Assembly (NCBI GenBank): GCA_964417855.1
Contig: CAYQJB010000001.1
Location: forward strand, 38,709-102,708
DNA length: 64,000 bases
Direction: 5' to 3'
DNA from: an uncultured Candidatus Saccharibacteria bacterium
Lineage (GTDB): Bacteria; Patescibacteriota; Minisyncoccia; Phycocordibacterales; CAIZLB01
Part shown: positions 27,817 to 38,293 of the stretch, piece by piece
Numbering within the stretch: position 1 is the stretch's first letter
Layout of the letters: every line of letters starts with the position of its first letter
Translations under genes and position numbers: made by a program
The notes under the pieces: generated by a model
The model's input: only the letters and a program-made list of their open reading frames with translations
Database searches by the model: none
Told to the model about the DNA's origin: nothing

Positions 27817-28653
27817 CTAATTTATTAGTTTTTCTATAATTTTTTTTGTCTCCTCCGGTCCACTTACCTGAATACAATCAACACCCGTCATTTTTGCAGC
27901 ATAGTCATTTCCTCCGGGAAATATTTTATCACCAACAAAAACCATCTTGATGATTGGAATCTTCAAGAATTCTTCAAGTTTATGAATTCCATATGCTTTA
28001 TTCACCCCTTTCATGGTTATATCAATTGATGTAGATCCACCCATTGATACATCAAAATTTGGAAGTCTCTCCTTAAGAATATCAACTGCAACCTTACGTT
28101 TTGCTCCATTTGGATCCCAAGCATTCTTAAGCTCAAGCGGGGCTTCTTGTCCAAGCGCCGAAAATGTTATTTGTGATTCCCTATCCTCAATAATTTGCCC
28201 ATATGTTTTTTCTGGAGTTTCTATACCAGCTTCAAGTAATGCCTCCTTAAGCGTTTTCAAAATAGTTTTTTTGTCATCCTCAGATAAATTTTCTGAATAC
28301 TCTTCATACCAGACTCCAACTGCACCCACTTTTTTTCCGCCAGAATTTTCCCTTTCCCCTTCACGTTCACCAATCATCTTCCAAGAATAAAGTCTGGTAC
28401 CTGAAGTAGGTAATAAAAATAAATTTTGAAAGTACTTTGCAGAAAGTTCATCTTTAGGCAAATTTCCTAAAAATTGTTTCTCAAATTGAGCATATTTTCC
28501 ACCAGAAATAACAGCGACCTTTCTTCCTTCTAGGAGTTTAATAATTAGGCCTGCCATCTCACTATCCAGTGCAGACTTGCTGGCAGCAAGGGTTCCGTCT
28601 AAATCGAAAATGATTAACTCTTTCTCCAGACTACCTTTATGTTCTAAGCTCAT
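27817..28653 (-). CDS. HAD-IIB eukaryotic-type phosphomannomutase-like enzyme
   Basis: FDLDGTL, VAVISGGKYAQFEKQFLGN and VGDKIFPGGNDY align with human PMM2 (FDVDGTL, IGVVGGSDFEKVQEQLGND, FGDKTMPGGNDH). Confidence 0.6.
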   Translation of the reverse strand: MSLEHKGSLEKELIIFDLDGTLAASKSALDSEMAGLIIKLLEGRKVAVISGGKYAQFEKQFLGNLPKDELSAKYFQNLFLLPTSGTRLYSWKMIGEREGERENSGGKKVGAVGVWYEEYSENLSEDDKKTILKTLKEALLEAGIETPEKTYGQIIEDRESQITFSALGQEAPLELKNAWDPNGAKRKVAVDILKERLPNFDVSMGGSTSIDITMKGVNKAYGIHKLEEFLKIPIIKMVFVGDKIFPGGNDYAAKMTGVDCIQVSGPEETKKIIEKLIN

Positions 28654-28654
28654 A

Positions 28655-30559
28655 TTATATTCTTAGTTTATGCAACAAATCCTTCAAAACAATTGTTGCA
28701 ACGCCAATAACACTGTCTCCTGCTCCATAATAAATATAAGCTCTTTCATCTCTTAGAACCAAACTACATGGGAATACAACCTTAGGAACAAGACCATTTA
28801 ATTCATAAGGATCTTCTGGCTCAAAAATTGGAGCTGCAGTTCTTGCTTTTACAATTGTTGGATTTTCTAAATCCAAGAGCACAGCACCCACACGATACGT
28901 TTTATTTTTTGAAATACCATGATACAAAAGAAGCCATCCTTCTTCTGTCTTTATTGGAGGGCCTGCAATACCAACCTTAACACCATCCCACATACCAGGT
29001 TGCGGATTCAATACTTCTATACATCTACTAATTTTTTCTTTAGTAAAATCAAGTGTTGCAACAAAGTCTGCGCAAATACTTGTGTTAACTCTGTGTATTA
29101 TCATGTACTTACCACCAATTTTCTCAGGAAAAATTACAGCGTCTTTATTAGGTATATTTGACGGAGTAATAACATTTGGCATTTCCCAATTATCCCATTT
29201 TCTATTCACAAAATCTTCAATAGAAATGGAACTTACTGCAACACGCGGGGTAACACCATCATAGGCAGTGTATGTCATGTAAATTCTTCCTTCAATTTCT
29301 ATAATACGAGGGTCTTCACATCCATAATTTCCACTAGCTCCAATGCTTCTTTCAAAATCGGTACGGGGTGAATAAATTGGAGTATTAGGCCTTTCGTCGA
29401 TTTTTAAACCATCACTACTTACAGCATAACCAAGGACAGAGAGATTGGTTGACGATGCTGCTCTGTAGATAATATGAGTTTGACCGTTAATATTAATTGC
29501 CGCTGGATTAATTGTTCCACCAGCTTCCCAAAGAAGCCCTTGTCGTGGAGTGATTATTGGATTCCCAGCAAAGCGCTTAAATTTATGTTCAAGCTTAGAA
29601 TCCGTCATCATATCCAAAAGATTTTCCATATATATAGTAGCTGTAGCACAGTGTGTATCAGCTGCTCCGTAGAATATTTCCAATCTTCCTTCCTTAACTA
29701 GTGCTCCTGTTGGAAATACAATATTTATAATATGCCCAGTCTTTTCATAATATGTATCAGGCACCATAAATGGACCCTTTGTTCTTCCCACAATACGTCT
29801 TGGATCTACTAAATCAAGCAAAACGGCCTCAACACCAAAAACAGGAGCCGAACTATTGTATTCCTGAATATGTGAATATATAAAAAGCCACCCCTTATCT
29901 GTTCTTATTGGAGGTGTCCCCATCTCAACCTGTTCATTATCTTTTCTTCTAAGAATTATTTTATGAACATCCATGTGCGCCATCCACTCTATCCACTTAT
30001 TTTCATTCCACATATCTTCAACGTTATCAAACTCTGCATAGCAAATATCGGACATTTTAAGATCTGTATTTACAGTAAGAAGCGCTGCAAACTTTCCATT
30101 TATTTTTTCTGGAAACAGGACCATCGCCTTTGCATTAAAGGGTGTAATAAGGTGTTTCTCCCTAACTGTTTCCAAATCATCAGATATTGCAACAGCAACC
30201 TTTATATTGTCCGATGAATATGGGTAACCCCCAAGTGCTGTATAAAAAATATAATATGTGTCATCAACCTTGGTAATTCTTGGATCCTCGCAACCAGCTT
30301 TATCGTAATCTGTATTTGGACCAAAGAAAACTTTCCTATCTTCAAAATGCACCCCATCATCTGCTATTCCAACACCAATTACAGAAGTACTTATATACGG
30401 GTACAAAAGAAGGTCTGGGCGTGACATTGCTCTATAGAAAAGATATGTCTTATCTCCTTTTACTATTGGACACCCATTAAACGATGCGCTAGCCTCCCAT
30501 GGATGATCCTTAATTGGTGATAATATTGGATTGTGTTCTGATCTGGTTAATGTAAACAT
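28655..30559 (-). CDS. tandem double-domain GH130-family glycoside phosphorylase/hydrolase
   Basis: Two repeats of the GH130 pattern (NPIL..FNP...YRA, GCEDPRI..YTA, FPEKI, GWL..YH, YYGAAD). Confidence 0.7.
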   Translation of the reverse strand: MFTLTRSEHNPILSPIKDHPWEASASFNGCPIVKGDKTYLFYRAMSRPDLLLYPYISTSVIGVGIADDGVHFEDRKVFFGPNTDYDKAGCEDPRITKVDDTYYIFYTALGGYPYSSDNIKVAVAISDDLETVREKHLITPFNAKAMVLFPEKINGKFAALLTVNTDLKMSDICYAEFDNVEDMWNENKWIEWMAHMDVHKIILRRKDNEQVEMGTPPIRTDKGWLFIYSHIQEYNSSAPVFGVEAVLLDLVDPRRIVGRTKGPFMVPDTYYEKTGHIINIVFPTGALVKEGRLEIFYGAADTHCATATIYMENLLDMMTDSKLEHKFKRFAGNPIITPRQGLLWEAGGTINPAAININGQTHIIYRAASSTNLSVLGYAVSSDGLKIDERPNTPIYSPRTDFERSIGASGNYGCEDPRIIEIEGRIYMTYTAYDGVTPRVAVSSISIEDFVNRKWDNWEMPNVITPSNIPNKDAVIFPEKIGGKYMIIHRVNTSICADFVATLDFTKEKISRCIEVLNPQPGMWDGVKVGIAGPPIKTEEGWLLLYHGISKNKTYRVGAVLLDLENPTIVKARTAAPIFEPEDPYELNGLVPKVVFPCSLVLRDERAYIYYGAGDSVIGVATIVLKDLLHKLRI

Positions 30560-30603
30560 GTTTTATTCTTTGGTTATATTTTATTTATTATCGATATCTT
30601 TTC

Positions 30604-31734
30604 CTAAACCTTTCCGTAGGTTACCAACCAATCTAATAGTGGTTTCAAAGGGGTCTTTGCAACACAAACATGTTTATCACCACCTCCATAATAAACATAC
30701 AGATCATCATCTTGAAGAATTGCACCTGAAGCATATACAACACCCGGTTTTTCATCATTCTCATAATTCTCTACAGGCTCAAGTATTGGCGAAGGAGAAC
30801 GATACAAAATCTTTGTTGGATCTTCAAAATCCAAAATCATACATCCTAACTTATATTTATTTGGATCACTCTTATCCATTGCGTGGTACAAAAGTAACCA
30901 ACCGATTTCTGTTCTGATAGGTGGTGATCCCGCACCTCTTACCCAATTATCCCACTGATCCTCTCTTCCTCCTGAAGGCGCGGAGCTTTGAATAAATTCT
31001 TCATCGATACGATCAATGTCATCAATATATCCAATTCTAATTTCTGGAGAAATACTGTGAATTACAGCAAATTTTCCATTTAGCTTTTCTGGAAATAATA
31101 CCCAATTTTTATTTATGTCTTTTGCAGATGAAATAAATTTTGGTTTTTTCCAATTCCATTTTCCTTTTTTAAAATCCTCCATTGAAATAGAGGTCAATGC
31201 CATACGCACTGATCCCCAACCTTCAAAAGCTGTGTAGGTCATGTAAATACGATCACCAATCACAACTGCCCTTGGGTCTTCAGTTCCTCCCCATCCTCCA
31301 CCAGAAGCGTAAACCATTGGATTATAAAAATGCGGTCTATCCTCCTCGCATTCATTTTCTATACAAAAAGTTGAGACAGAGACATAAACAGGATAATTAT
31401 ACCTTTCATCAAAAACAATTCCGTCCTGACTATTTGCATATCCAATACGTGAAAGTCCATCATCCCCCACAGCTCTGTATAACATATGAACAACACCGTC
31501 ATCATCTTTTATGATTGCAGGGTTGAATGTTCCAATGTTCTCCCATTTATTTAGGAGAGAAGGACTTATAACAGGATTGTTTACATTACGATCCAGATGA
31601 ATACCGTCTACGGAGACTTCTGGAGTCTTAATTGAGATCTGCTTCTTTCTGAAAATCGAAACGATAAGCACCCCTAGAAATATAATCGCTAATACCCAAA
31701 ATGGGTTTGTTATTATTTCTTTTAAATTAGGCAT
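30604..31734 (-). CDS. GH130-family protein with N-terminal TM anchor
   Basis: NPVISP..FNPAII..YRAVG, GTEDPRAVVIGDRIYMTYTA and GWLLLYHA motifs. Confidence 0.65.
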   Translation of the reverse strand: MPNLKEIITNPFWVLAIIFLGVLIVSIFRKKQISIKTPEVSVDGIHLDRNVNNPVISPSLLNKWENIGTFNPAIIKDDDGVVHMLYRAVGDDGLSRIGYANSQDGIVFDERYNYPVYVSVSTFCIENECEEDRPHFYNPMVYASGGGWGGTEDPRAVVIGDRIYMTYTAFEGWGSVRMALTSISMEDFKKGKWNWKKPKFISSAKDINKNWVLFPEKLNGKFAVIHSISPEIRIGYIDDIDRIDEEFIQSSAPSGGREDQWDNWVRGAGSPPIRTEIGWLLLYHAMDKSDPNKYKLGCMILDFEDPTKILYRSPSPILEPVENYENDEKPGVVYASGAILQDDDLYVYYGGGDKHVCVAKTPLKPLLDWLVTYGKV

Positions 31735-31740
31735 TTATTT

Positions 31741-32121
31741 TTACTTTACTCTATTGTATTTATCCTCAATACGAACGATGTCTTCCTCATCAAAAGTTCC
31801 GTATGCTATTTCTAAAAAAGTGACATTCTCATCACCAGCTTCAATTCTGTGTAACATCTTTCTAGGAATGAATAGCTCAAGACCTGCTTTTATTTCTATT
31901 TTCTCTTCGCCTACTGTAGCTATTCCGTTACCAGAAAGGATGTACCAGAACTCATCACGCGAATCATGATATTGCAAACTAAAAGCTTGACCACTGTTTA
32001 CAGTAATAGTCTTTACCGTACAGGGTAAATTTTCCACAAATTTTACAAAATCACCCCAAGGGCGTTTTTCCTTATATGATTTTGGGGGATTTTCTATTGT
32101 AAATTGTGTTGTCATTTGCAT
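31741..32121 (-). CDS. small cupin, phosphomannose-isomerase (type II C-terminal)-like
   Basis: Cupin motifs G(X)5HxH-like (SLQYHDSRDEFWYILSG) and IPRKMLHRIEA. Confidence 0.5.
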   Translation of the reverse strand: MQMTTQFTIENPPKSYKEKRPWGDFVKFVENLPCTVKTITVNSGQAFSLQYHDSRDEFWYILSGNGIATVGEEKIEIKAGLELFIPRKMLHRIEAGDENVTFLEIAYGTFDEEDIVRIEDKYNRVK

Positions 32122-32176
32122 TGATTATTATATCACAACGTGCCCTTTTTTTGTCTATTTGTTTGTACTTATTGCA

Positions 32177-33451
32177 TTACCAGGCCTTAATCTTTGTATT
32201 TACAAAGATTCTATACTTTTCTAGGTTGTCTTGTTCTCTTTTGGAGACATTAATGCTTACTGGAATTTTATCAGCATCGAGTGGTAGAACTGTATAATAT
32301 TTGTTTCCATTTTTGTCTGACCCTCTCTTTACCCATGTACCCATAAAATCTGGTGTTATAGACAGAGTACTACTGCCATTAACCCTGCTGGGATTAATTT
32401 CTTTTGTAATTTCAAGCTTAAGTATTCCTCCAAGGTCCGTATATGGATTGGTCATTCCAGACACAAAATTTCCAAGTGAATATATAACTAGACACTTTTC
32501 ACCATTAGTACTTTTCAAAAATGTTATAGGTTCCAGTACATGAGGATGATCTCCTAGAACAATATTTGCACCACTGTTACATGCCAGCTGTGCAAGTTCT
32601 CGTTGAGATGCATTCTCTTGTAATTTATACTCTACCCCAAAATGTAATGCTGTCACAATTACATCAACATTTTGTTTTTTTAAATCATTTATGTCCCTTA
32701 CTATTTGCTCTTTATTAATATATGAAAGCATTCCAGATTTACTTTTAGGTAATGTTAGGCCGTTTGTATCATAAGTATATGAAACAAAACCAAATTTAAG
32801 TCCGTTCTTTTCAGTAATTTGATAATTAGAAATAGGTGAAACAATTCCATTTGGTAATGAACTTGTGCCAGATAGAGCAATTTTAGTATCGGGCTGAATT
32901 CTAGCACCCAATCCAATTAAGCCAGAATTCTCGACATTCTTAATTGTATTCGTAAGGCCTACAACACCCCTATCGAGCGCGTGATTATTTGCCAAAGACA
33001 CATGAGTAAAATAATTATTTTTTAATTCAGTTAATATTTCTGCAGGAGCATTAAACCTTGGATACCCAGAGTATTTTAATTCCTTTCCTGCAATTGGCGT
33101 TTCTAAATTAGCATAAACAATATCCGCATTATTTAAATACGGTTTTATGTTTACAAAAAAACTTGAGAAATCATATTTACCATTTTTTTTATTATAAGTA
33201 GCATCAAGTTGTGCCTGATGCATCATAATATCTCCAACAGCGAGAAGCGTCACCTTTCTAACCACTGGGGCCGGCTCAACTTGTTTTATAGAGTCAGCTC
33301 CCGCAACCTGCGCGGAGAGACTTGATTCTACTTTTTTAAAATATTTACCATATTGTGTGTTTACAAAAAAACCTCCGATTATGAAAACAGCTGTTGCTGT
33401 TAGGTAAAATGCATAATGACTAATTCTTCCTGATTGATTTTTGAGTATCAT
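32177..33451 (-). CDS. CapA/PgsA-family metallophosphoesterase
   Basis: GDIMMH, NLETPI, ANNHALD and GDHPHV metallophosphatase motifs. Confidence 0.65.
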   Translation of the reverse strand: MILKNQSGRISHYAFYLTATAVFIIGGFFVNTQYGKYFKKVESSLSAQVAGADSIKQVEPAPVVRKVTLLAVGDIMMHQAQLDATYNKKNGKYDFSSFFVNIKPYLNNADIVYANLETPIAGKELKYSGYPRFNAPAEILTELKNNYFTHVSLANNHALDRGVVGLTNTIKNVENSGLIGLGARIQPDTKIALSGTSSLPNGIVSPISNYQITEKNGLKFGFVSYTYDTNGLTLPKSKSGMLSYINKEQIVRDINDLKKQNVDVIVTALHFGVEYKLQENASQRELAQLACNSGANIVLGDHPHVLEPITFLKSTNGEKCLVIYSLGNFVSGMTNPYTDLGGILKLEITKEINPSRVNGSSTLSITPDFMGTWVKRGSDKNGNKYYTVLPLDADKIPVSINVSKREQDNLEKYRIFVNTKIKAW

Positions 33452-33468
33452 TTTATATTATATCTTTA

Positions 33469-34032
33469 TTATTCAGCTTCATTAAAATTTTCAGCATTTT
33501 GAATCATAAATTCCCGAACACTTTTTAATGCAATATTTCGCATTGCAAAAGAAGACCTTTCTTCATCTAACATTTCGGCGTATGTTTTATCATATCCATC
33601 TGGAATGAATATAGATGACCAGCCAAAACTATTTGTGCCCTTTGGTGAATCAGAAATAGTACCAGACATTGATCCATCAAATAGATGAACAGTTTCTCCA
33701 TCGCAAAAACCATAGCAAACTTTAGCTGTACATCTCCTATCTTTTCCATCAATAAGTCTACAAAGGCCTTCATTTTCAAGTTCTTTTAAAAACCATTTAA
33801 TTAGTGGGCCAGGCAGTTTTCCCAAGGCATGAAAAACAAAAGAGACATCCTCCACAAGAACAGGTTTTCCAATTTTACTATATGCACGCAAAGCTTTATC
33901 TTTTACAATTTCTTCTAGATCTAAAGATTGTATTTCTTCCAAATCAAGTGAATGATGGTCTATTTCAAGACCTAGGTACCTACTAACCTCTTCGGCCTTT
34001 CCAGCATTTCCAGTTATAAAGGTTATTTTCAT
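33469..34032 (-). CDS. non-canonical purine NTP pyrophosphatase (Ham1/RdgB family)
   Basis: ITFITGNAGKAEE start and conserved C-terminus. Confidence 0.7.
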   Translation of the reverse strand: MKITFITGNAGKAEEVSRYLGLEIDHHSLDLEEIQSLDLEEIVKDKALRAYSKIGKPVLVEDVSFVFHALGKLPGPLIKWFLKELENEGLCRLIDGKDRRCTAKVCYGFCDGETVHLFDGSMSGTISDSPKGTNSFGWSSIFIPDGYDKTYAEMLDEERSSFAMRNIALKSVREFMIQNAENFNEAE

Positions 34033-34080
34033 ACATTTAATATATCATATAACACCCCGGGGAAGAACTTCTTTTTAATG

Positions 34081-34860
34081 CTAAAGTTTACTGTATAGTA
34101 ATTTAAAAATTTTAGTTTGAAACTGAGCAATCATCTCATTTTCTATAACAATTGCTGTCTTACTATTATAATCAATCAAAGCCACCTTATTTCCATAAAT
34201 GATTTGAGTAATATTTAAATCAAATAAATTATAACTATTTGGTACCGTTCTGACAGATCTGCCAAGTTTTGCATGACCAGCATTTTTTGAGGATTCATCT
34301 GTAATAACTAATCTTTCAAGGGATTTCCTATCTCTTATAATTTTATAATCTGCCGGAACATATTTTTTGCGGGATAATGTCAGTCCAGAACTGTATCTAT
34401 AATAGATAGCGTTTTTGGGTAAACTATGTACAACATCTGAAAACACAGCCTTGATTGCACTATCACCTTCTGTAAAGGTAACGATTGGTTTCTTGTCTCT
34501 CATTTTATAAGTCTCATGAAGTTCATGGATCTCCGCATTAAAGTTATCCTCCAAATCATTAAAAAGTTTTTCTAGCTTTTCTGGAGATTCTGCAACATAC
34601 AACTTATACTTACCTTTTGGCATAGCATTAACTAACCCCAAACTAGATAGATTTGGTAATGCCTTATAAACAGTTGGCCTATGTAATTTTGTCTCTCTTA
34701 TAATATCTGAAATAGAAGCAGGACCTAGTTTCAAAAGACCCTTATAAATCAAGGCTTCTTCTTTACTCATCCCTATTTGTTCCAGTACAGTTTTGTTTAT
34801 TTTCATAAGTTGTAATGTTTTGTTACAACTTAATATATCACTATTAACTATGTAAATCAA
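34081..34860 (-). CDS. TrmB-family HTH transcriptional regulator; real start may be the internal MKINK
   Basis: N-terminal wHTH (ALIYKGLLKLGPASISDIIRETKLHRPTVYKALPNL). Confidence 0.55.
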   Translation of the reverse strand: MIYIVNSDILSCNKTLQLMKINKTVLEQIGMSKEEALIYKGLLKLGPASISDIIRETKLHRPTVYKALPNLSSLGLVNAMPKGKYKLYVAESPEKLEKLFNDLEDNFNAEIHELHETYKMRDKKPIVTFTEGDSAIKAVFSDVVHSLPKNAIYYRYSSGLTLSRKKYVPADYKIIRDRKSLERLVITDESSKNAGHAKLGRSVRTVPNSYNLFDLNITQIIYGNKVALIDYNSKTAIVIENEMIAQFQTKIFKLLYSKL

Positions 34861-34979
34861 GGGTGCTACAGCAGGCTCTCTGTTTAATGTACAAATTTTA
34901 GCATTTTCAAATACAAGTTTGTTGATTTGAACTATAGTTTAATCAGAAAAGAAATTAACAATTAACAGCAAACAAAACC

Positions 34980-35891
34980 ATGAAAAACAAAATCGAAAAC
35001 ACTAGGGTTAAGCAAATTGGGAATATCATTCTTCAAAACCTTGTTCCACAGGCAATACAAATAATTCAAGATGAATGTCATGACCTGACTATAATCAAGA
35101 AGGTTGGCTATGATGGAGTGAAGCCTGACCTTGCAACTAATGGTGACAGAAAAGCACAGGAAATGTACATGCGAGAAATCGCCAAACACTTCCCTGACTT
35201 TGGAATCATCGCCGAGGAAGATGGGGTTGCCTTTGATGGCAAAGATAATGGCGAGGATGGAGAGAAGGGCGAAGATATATATTTCACTATTGATCCACTA
35301 GATGGAACCAAGGCGTATGAACGTGGTGCAGGACAAGGTGTTGGAACAATGATTGCCCTCTGTAAAGACAACGATGTCATTGCAGCTTACATCGGCGACG
35401 CAAACACTGGTGAGACATACGGTTTTGCAGACATGGAAAAAAGAGGCGCAGCCATAAGGCAAAGATTTGGTGTAACAACCAACTTAAAGCCCAGAACTGA
35501 TAAACCTCTAGCTGAACAATATGTACTCTTGCGTGAAATGCCTCGCAAGCAACCCGAGTTAATTAATAAAATGATTAACGATATAACAGCAGGTGGGCTA
35601 TTTAAGGACGCTGAGGTTACAGGAGGAAGTATTGGTACAGCTTTTGCAAGGTTGTGGAAGGGAGAGGTTGGAGCGATGGTTCTTCAGCCAGGATTCAATA
35701 CACCATGGGATCTTGCTCCAACACTTGGTATTAGCCGTAGGCTTGGCTACAAGTTTTTCAAACTTTTAGATGGTAAACTCATTGAGAATGAGCCAATGCT
35801 TACAAAGACTGTTGTTGAGAAACCATACACAGAAATTGTTGTCCATGAAGCTCATGAAAAGGAATTGATGGAGTGGTTGAAGGTTAATTAA
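34980..35891 (+). CDS. inositol monophosphatase/FBPase-family phosphatase
   Basis: DPLDGT and WDLAP metal-binding motifs. Confidence 0.6.
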   Translation: MKNKIENTRVKQIGNIILQNLVPQAIQIIQDECHDLTIIKKVGYDGVKPDLATNGDRKAQEMYMREIAKHFPDFGIIAEEDGVAFDGKDNGEDGEKGEDIYFTIDPLDGTKAYERGAGQGVGTMIALCKDNDVIAAYIGDANTGETYGFADMEKRGAAIRQRFGVTTNLKPRTDKPLAEQYVLLREMPRKQPELINKMINDITAGGLFKDAEVTGGSIGTAFARLWKGEVGAMVLQPGFNTPWDLAPTLGISRRLGYKFFKLLDGKLIENEPMLTKTVVEKPYTEIVVHEAHEKELMEWLKVN

Positions 35892-35905
35892 CAGCGGAAT
35901 AAACC

Positions 35906-35943
35906 GCAATGCCCCGGCGCCAGAATGGCGCCGGGGCATTGCA
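35906..35943 (+). terminator. GC-rich perfect palindrome GCAATGCCCCGGCGCC-AGAAT-GGCGCCGGGGCATTGC
   Basis: Read directly, 15 nt after the stop of 34980-35891. Confidence 0.6.
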
Positions 35944-36009
35944 AATGTTTAAACGTTTCCGTTCAATATACTCGTGCTATATCCAATCATAAAAAAACAA
36001 TTCCTTCTG

Positions 36010-36903
36010 TTAGAGATTATCCATCCCTGGCCTTCTGATTAATGTAGAATAATTCTCAGCATACCCAGTTTTTTGAGAAATATCTGTAATGTAAAATTTC
36101 TTTCTAGCCTGATCTATAGTAAGTTTTGTATCGATTAACCCACTATCTAACGCCATCTTATCGGCATGACTTGTAAGCACTACTTGCCAGTCAAAAGACG
36201 TTAACATTCCTGGCCAAAGTTTGTTCACATGTCCTGCAATACTTGATGTACAATTTGCAAAGATAGAGTTGTACCATGCAGGGTGAATAGATAACTCGTT
36301 CATTCTATTTAACATATCCACAAGCAATAACTTACCATCTTTTTGATTAGCTTTAAGTGGGTATATATAAATGTCAGCCTTGAATATATTTGCACGAACA
36401 TAAATAGCATCCCTCTCGTCCGTTGCAATATACATCAATGGAAAAGTACGAATAGTTCCATTCACCGGGCTGTATTTTTGACCCTTTGTTAATCTTCCTT
36501 CAATTGTAATTACCAAAAATGAATTATCTTCAAATTCAAATGATAAAAAGGTATGAGCAAAAGAACTATCTGGACTGAATGGAGCTGTTATGTACCAAAC
36601 TTTTTTTAACTTATTCAAATCATAGGTTTTATCATAGTACACCTCAATAGTTGGGTTCCCATTAGCATCATATTGAAAATTTCTGACATTTTTGACCGTG
36701 ACTAAATTATCTTTAAATTCAGCTGTAGACAGTACTTTTAAGGTATCCTTCCAGTCTCCATCAGTTGGAACTTTTTTTGTTGCTTGCCAAATGATAAAAA
36801 CAGCGAGGATTATACAAATTAGAGACAGGGTGAATTTTAGTATTTTTCTGAATTTGAAGCCCTTCCTGATTTTTGCCATGTGAGATGGTTTCGTGTTTTT
36901 CAT
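36010..36903 (-). CDS. DUF4105-like membrane-anchored protein
   Basis: AHTFLSF and YNSIFANCTS resemble DUF4105 signatures. Confidence 0.45.
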   Translation of the reverse strand: MKNTKPSHMAKIRKGFKFRKILKFTLSLICIILAVFIIWQATKKVPTDGDWKDTLKVLSTAEFKDNLVTVKNVRNFQYDANGNPTIEVYYDKTYDLNKLKKVWYITAPFSPDSSFAHTFLSFEFEDNSFLVITIEGRLTKGQKYSPVNGTIRTFPLMYIATDERDAIYVRANIFKADIYIYPLKANQKDGKLLLVDMLNRMNELSIHPAWYNSIFANCTSSIAGHVNKLWPGMLTSFDWQVVLTSHADKMALDSGLIDTKLTIDQARKKFYITDISQKTGYAENYSTLIRRPGMDNL

Positions 36904-37097
36904 TTAGTTCATTATAAAACAAAAGCAATACAATTACACGCAAAAATCAAAAGATTTTTATATATTTTACGCTTAAAAACATTGTCCCTCGCTAAGCTCG
37001 GGATGATTTAGGCTAATATTGATGCGCTTCGCACCTAATAAGAGGAACATCTACGTCAAAATCTGCTGATTTTGACGCGATTTTTACGCTTAAAAAT

Positions 37098-37171
37098 TGG
37101 CTGCGAGACTTGGACTCGAACCAAGATAGCGCCCTTCAGAGGGGCGCGTCCTACCATTAGACGATCTCGCA
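37098..37171 (-). tRNA. tRNA-Gln (anticodon CUG), CCA encoded
   Basis: Hand-folded cloverleaf: acceptor TGCGAGA/TCTCGCA, T-arm CTTGG-TTCGAGT-CCAAG, anticodon loop CTCTGAA. Confidence 0.8.
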
Positions 37172-37306
37172 ATGTAAATAAAGAATATCATTTTAGACTC
37201 TCATAAACAAGGGGTTAAAAATAACACTGATTACCACTTCAAAAACAAAAGCACCCCCTGTATGTTGGATGCTTTTTCTAGTTTACCAACCATATTATGA
37301 AACGTT

Positions 37307-38236
37307 TTAGACCTTCAAATACTTCTTCACCGCCAAATAACTTGAAACAGCACCGAGAATTAGTCCTGTTCCAACAACAACCATAAACATCTGTCCAAAA
37401 TTTGAAACATAGTAGCTAAAGATATTTAGCCCAGTTCCAAGATTAAACGTAAGCGGACCAACATAATAAGTCATTGGATATAATAGAATCAAGGTTATAA
37501 TTCCAGCTACGGCACCATACATTAAACCAACAGTAACAAACGGACCTCTAATATACATTTCACTAGCACCAACTAATCTCATAACAGCAATTTCCTCTCT
37601 GAAGATGTAAATCGCCAATCTAACGGTATTAAATGTTATTAAAATTGAAACGATTGCAAAGAACGTCACCACAATTGTTCCAAGCTTCCTTGAAGAATCC
37701 ATTATTCTATTAAGCGCATCAATTGCTTGTTTATTGTTAGAATAGTTTACTCTATCAACAATACCCGCGCCATTTCCATCGACACCAGTTTTCTGACTAT
37801 CCAAGAATTTTACGATTGACTCATATTGTGAAGGATTCTTTGCTCTAATATTAAAGCTAGCTCCAAGTGGGTTTGCCCCAATTTCATCTAATGCTTGAAG
37901 TGTAAGCTCATCATCTTGATGTCTCTTTCTAAATTGAGTTAATGACTCCTCTCTTGAAACAAATGTAGCTGAAGCAACTTCTGGCAAATTCTTAATAGAC
38001 TTTTGAAGTGAAGCTATGTCTTCATCGCTTGCGGATTGAGTTAAATAAACATTAACATCAACCTTACTTTCAATTGATTTCAATGTCGATGTTAGCATCG
38101 CGCCAATAAAGATGATTGAAGATATGACGAGTAGTGTCACAATCATCACGAGAACCGATGCCAGAGAAACTGATCCGTTTCTCCAGAAACTTACAAAACC
38201 TGACTTTAATGTTCTTTTTATATTTGTCCAAATCAT
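37307..38236 (-). CDS. ftsX: cell division ABC-transporter-like permease FtsX
   Basis: Four-TM topology with large periplasmic loop; the FtsE partner gene lies upstream. Confidence 0.8.
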   Translation of the reverse strand: MIWTNIKRTLKSGFVSFWRNGSVSLASVLVMIVTLLVISSIIFIGAMLTSTLKSIESKVDVNVYLTQSASDEDIASLQKSIKNLPEVASATFVSREESLTQFRKRHQDDELTLQALDEIGANPLGASFNIRAKNPSQYESIVKFLDSQKTGVDGNGAGIVDRVNYSNNKQAIDALNRIMDSSRKLGTIVVTFFAIVSILITFNTVRLAIYIFREEIAVMRLVGASEMYIRGPFVTVGLMYGAVAGIITLILLYPMTYYVGPLTFNLGTGLNIFSYYVSNFGQMFMVVVGTGLILGAVSSYLAVKKYLKV

Positions 38237-38293
38237 AAGTTTATTATAACCCCATATGTGGGAATTACAAAATCATGAAAAATAGATATACGG

